Shown in pieces: positions 16,968 to 20,000 of a DNA stretch of 20,000 nucleotides (the first letter of the stretch is position 1; every line of letters starts with the position of its first letter). Under the pieces are notes generated by a model that was not told the origin of the DNA, did not search any database, and worked only from the letters and a program-made list of their open reading frames with translations. Made by a program: the position numbers and the translations under genes. The stretch comes from Catajapyx aquilonaris. Its lineage: Eukaryota. Location of the stretch: the NCBI GenBank assembly GCA_000934665.2, contig KZ538080.1, positions 110,153 through 130,152 of the forward strand, in the 5' to 3' direction.

Positions 16968-19900
16968 TTGGGACGGTATGTGCTTTGTTCACACGGGTCG
17001 TTTAGTCGTTGTCGTTTGTTGGCAGAATTGTTCGTAGTTTTCTAATCAGGAAGTTGCGAATTGCTGTGAATGTGCATTTTCATCATAGTTGATGGACTTT
17101 CTCGTTATGCATCACGTGGTCCATTGCACAATGCACTTCCTCCGAGACAACCGCTTCAGACGACCTTCACTAACAATATGGTTACGTAATTACTGCAATC
17201 TTCGGCCCGTCAATTGCCAGTCTGACTTTTAAAGGTGAAAAAAAGCAAAGATTGTTGACCTGGTCGATGAGGCGTAAAACTTGAAGCTGCTGAACCGAGA
17301 CATTAAATGCAGGAGAAACTAGGATTAACATTCTTGGGTGAGAATTCACAGACACAGTACCGGAAATTGCAGGCGTGATTGTTGCAAGGAGGCGTGGAAA
17401 TTCCGATGAAGCACTTTGACCATGCCATAGGTTAATCGTACTAGTGAGGCTGAATAAACATGAGGTGGTACCACCAGGTACTTGCATAACATGTCAATTG
17501 TTATGCAGGAAAATTAGGATATATAGACAAACGACAAATGCATAGCTATAGCAGTTTGAAACGATTAACTTAATCACCCTGCACCAGTTGTCGTTATCAC
17601 TAAAACTATGACTAATCTAGGCCATGCAAACTGTCACTGACTGATACAGATTTGTATTCCGGAAAGTAGAAGCCATAGTACAATATTTTTGCTAGTTGAT
17701 CCATGAAGTGAAGTGTCATTCTAGTTGAACCGTATGATCAATACTGCTTCCGTTTGATTGAACACTAAGAGCAAAAGTGAGCTTGACTGAACCTTAAGCG
17801 GCTCGTATCTTTAATCCCGTGAAAATCCGGTCTGATGCTTCCAGAAGTCTGGATCTAGACGAGTTCCCCTGAAGGCGAAATCGACTGTGATTAATGGCCA
17901 GATTTAATACACCGCGCCTTCAGGGCCCCACATTTTCTACCCCTTTTGCACCTGAAGTGTAACGCAATATCATTGCAGCTAGAATGGCCTTGGCCTTCAT
18001 GTGTAACTATCGGGGAGATGATGTCTTTGTGACGTAAGACATGTCCGTCACGTAATTAAGTTCTGAGGGAAAAAAATGTGTTTTTGTCGTTATGAACCTG
18101 TTGCTACCTGGGGAAAACCTCGAGGAAAAGATGAGATTCGACATGTGCCTGCATTGGCGTTATTCGCCCTCGATGTTTACCTGCCGCCCGCCAGCATGCG
18201 AATGAATATAACTCCCATTGCGCACGCGCAGAACGGGGGCCAATCAGAAGCCTCGGTCGTACAACGCGATCGCGGTTAGGATTTTAATATTAAATATTAG
18301 CTTTCCATCTAATATGTTTGACCAGGAGCTACTTTTGAATATGAGACAGTTTCCGGCCCAATTTAAAAACACTATTTTATTTCCTGACAACTTGTATTAT
18401 TAATGAAGCGTCCTGAATATGTTGTGCAATATTACCGCCGGCAGTGTTGGCTCTAATAATAGTGCATTATGAATTCATCTCGTGTAACCAGCGTTGCATG
18501 CAGTTCCGAAACAAACGGTGACATTTACTGCCGACAAGACCTTGGGCAATTTTCTTACCCAGCAATTTTTCCCATATCTTCCTTCACTGAACCGTGATTG
18601 TTATAATAATTGTCGTCATTTCGTATATATAGAAAGGACTTGAAAAATGAATGCAGAGTGACACACCATGAAAGTGCGTGGTCCGGAGAGACGGGCCTCA
18701 CCTTCATGCATGGTCTCTCACCTGTTCGAAGGTCTCGTGAGCATCAGTTTGTATATGCCATGCACATGTCAAACCATAGCTTATGTCGGCTACATTTCAC
18801 GGTTGGCATGCACGAAATTAGTCTGTGTCCCGATTTTTTTGGGAAAACCAGTTTTAGGGCGTGGAATAAAATCAGGCATAAGTGCCAATCCCTGTGGTTT
18901 AATTGGATAATATATTTTTTGCAGTGAAAGGGTTTATATATAGAAAACACCTGCGCAAAGTCCTTGCTCCCATTTGCTATGTATAAATCAAAGTAGGGCC
19001 TTTTTAGTGAAACAATGATTTTTACTTGGCATGATATTAGCTATTCAGGGCCGGTACTCGCGTGATATTTTGTGTGGCAATTCCCACGCAGTAGTTTAGC
19101 AATATTAAATTTATTAGCACAGGGTCATTATAGTGCATGCTCATTTTTAACAGTCACGAAATATATGACTTTTTTTCTCTACATTGGCATTGTATACAGT
19201 ACTATTCATGTACTGTATACACTACAGAAAAATTCATATTCGCTGTACTATTGAAATACCGCATGTCTCCATATATGGAACGTACTTCACATTATACAGA
19301 ATTATCAGAGGGCAAAATTGGCCACTTTTAAATACACGCACGTTCCTCTGAGCATGACGAACGTGCGGGGTACATGTATCGAAAGCGTGATGACATGACT
19401 CGTGCATTTGAATCGGTCACAAATTATATCCTTCGACACCATAACGACCAGAAAAAATGGCGGCCTTTCACACGAGATTTTATGCCTGATTTGAGGTTCT
19501 GGATTCAATAAATTCTGTCGACTTGTGACAAAACGTGGGTATTGTACTGACCATTTTTTTTTTTGGTCCCAGGAAATAGGCGGAAGAAGGTGGCATTTTT
19601 TTTTTGTACCTAAAACACAGTTAGGAAAACTTTTTTATCTGGTTCATTCGAGGGGAGAAGCAAAAGTCGTATGGTTTTAATGGGTGCTTTTAAGAAAAAG
19701 AAAAGAAGAAACGAGCCTGATGGAGCACGTGCGAGTGATTACTTGGTCCAAATGGGATAAAAGGGGCGCTTGCGTTGGCCAGGTGGAACCAACGGGTCAA
19801 ATACCTCTGGAGGAACTGTTGTTGGAGAGTTATCCATTTGTATTTTTAGGATTAATCCATTAGTGTACTTTAAAATGAAAATTAACATTTCACATAATTT

Positions 19901-20000
19901 TAATTTAATTATATTTTTTTGCATATTTTTCATCAATTTTTAAAACATTTTGTGTAATTTTTACTGGGCTTGAAACATTGTGCAGAGTAGTTCTGGCACG

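Noticed and set aside
17000..19500. Scattered 60-105 aa ORFs
   Set aside because: No recognisable domains or consistent exon chain; compatible with intergenic sequence.

Overview
Eukaryotic genomic DNA, most likely a non-dipteran insect (inferred from the protein sequences, the SINE type and CpG-poor gene bodies). The left 13 kb is a compact four-gene cluster: GLOD4 (+, 4 exons), NCBP3 (-, 5 exons), SMPD4 (+, 7 exons) and an unrecognised 2-exon coiled-coil/disordered gene (-). NCBP3 and SMPD4 are head-to-head across about 370 bp, and the other two junctions are tail-to-tail. All exon phases were checked by hand. SMPD4 intron 3 has clear U12 (minor spliceosome) signals. The unrecognised protein carries two LxxIxE-type (PP2A-B56 docking) motifs and several S/T-P sites. 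NCBP3 has an EEGEI ARS2-binding-type motif, matching L-x-I-E-I-x-N-D motifs at both termini and a Gln-rich repeat. Introns and the right 7 kb contain non-autonomous elements: a piggyBac-type MITE with TTAA TSD, a pogo/Tigger-like MITE, two foldback elements, a tRNA-derived SINE and a possible highly decayed piggyBac transposase. Part of 14.4-15.6 kb looks like low-quality assembly. I found no evidence of a wholly new multi-gene system; the unrecognised gene and the minor intron are the best leads.
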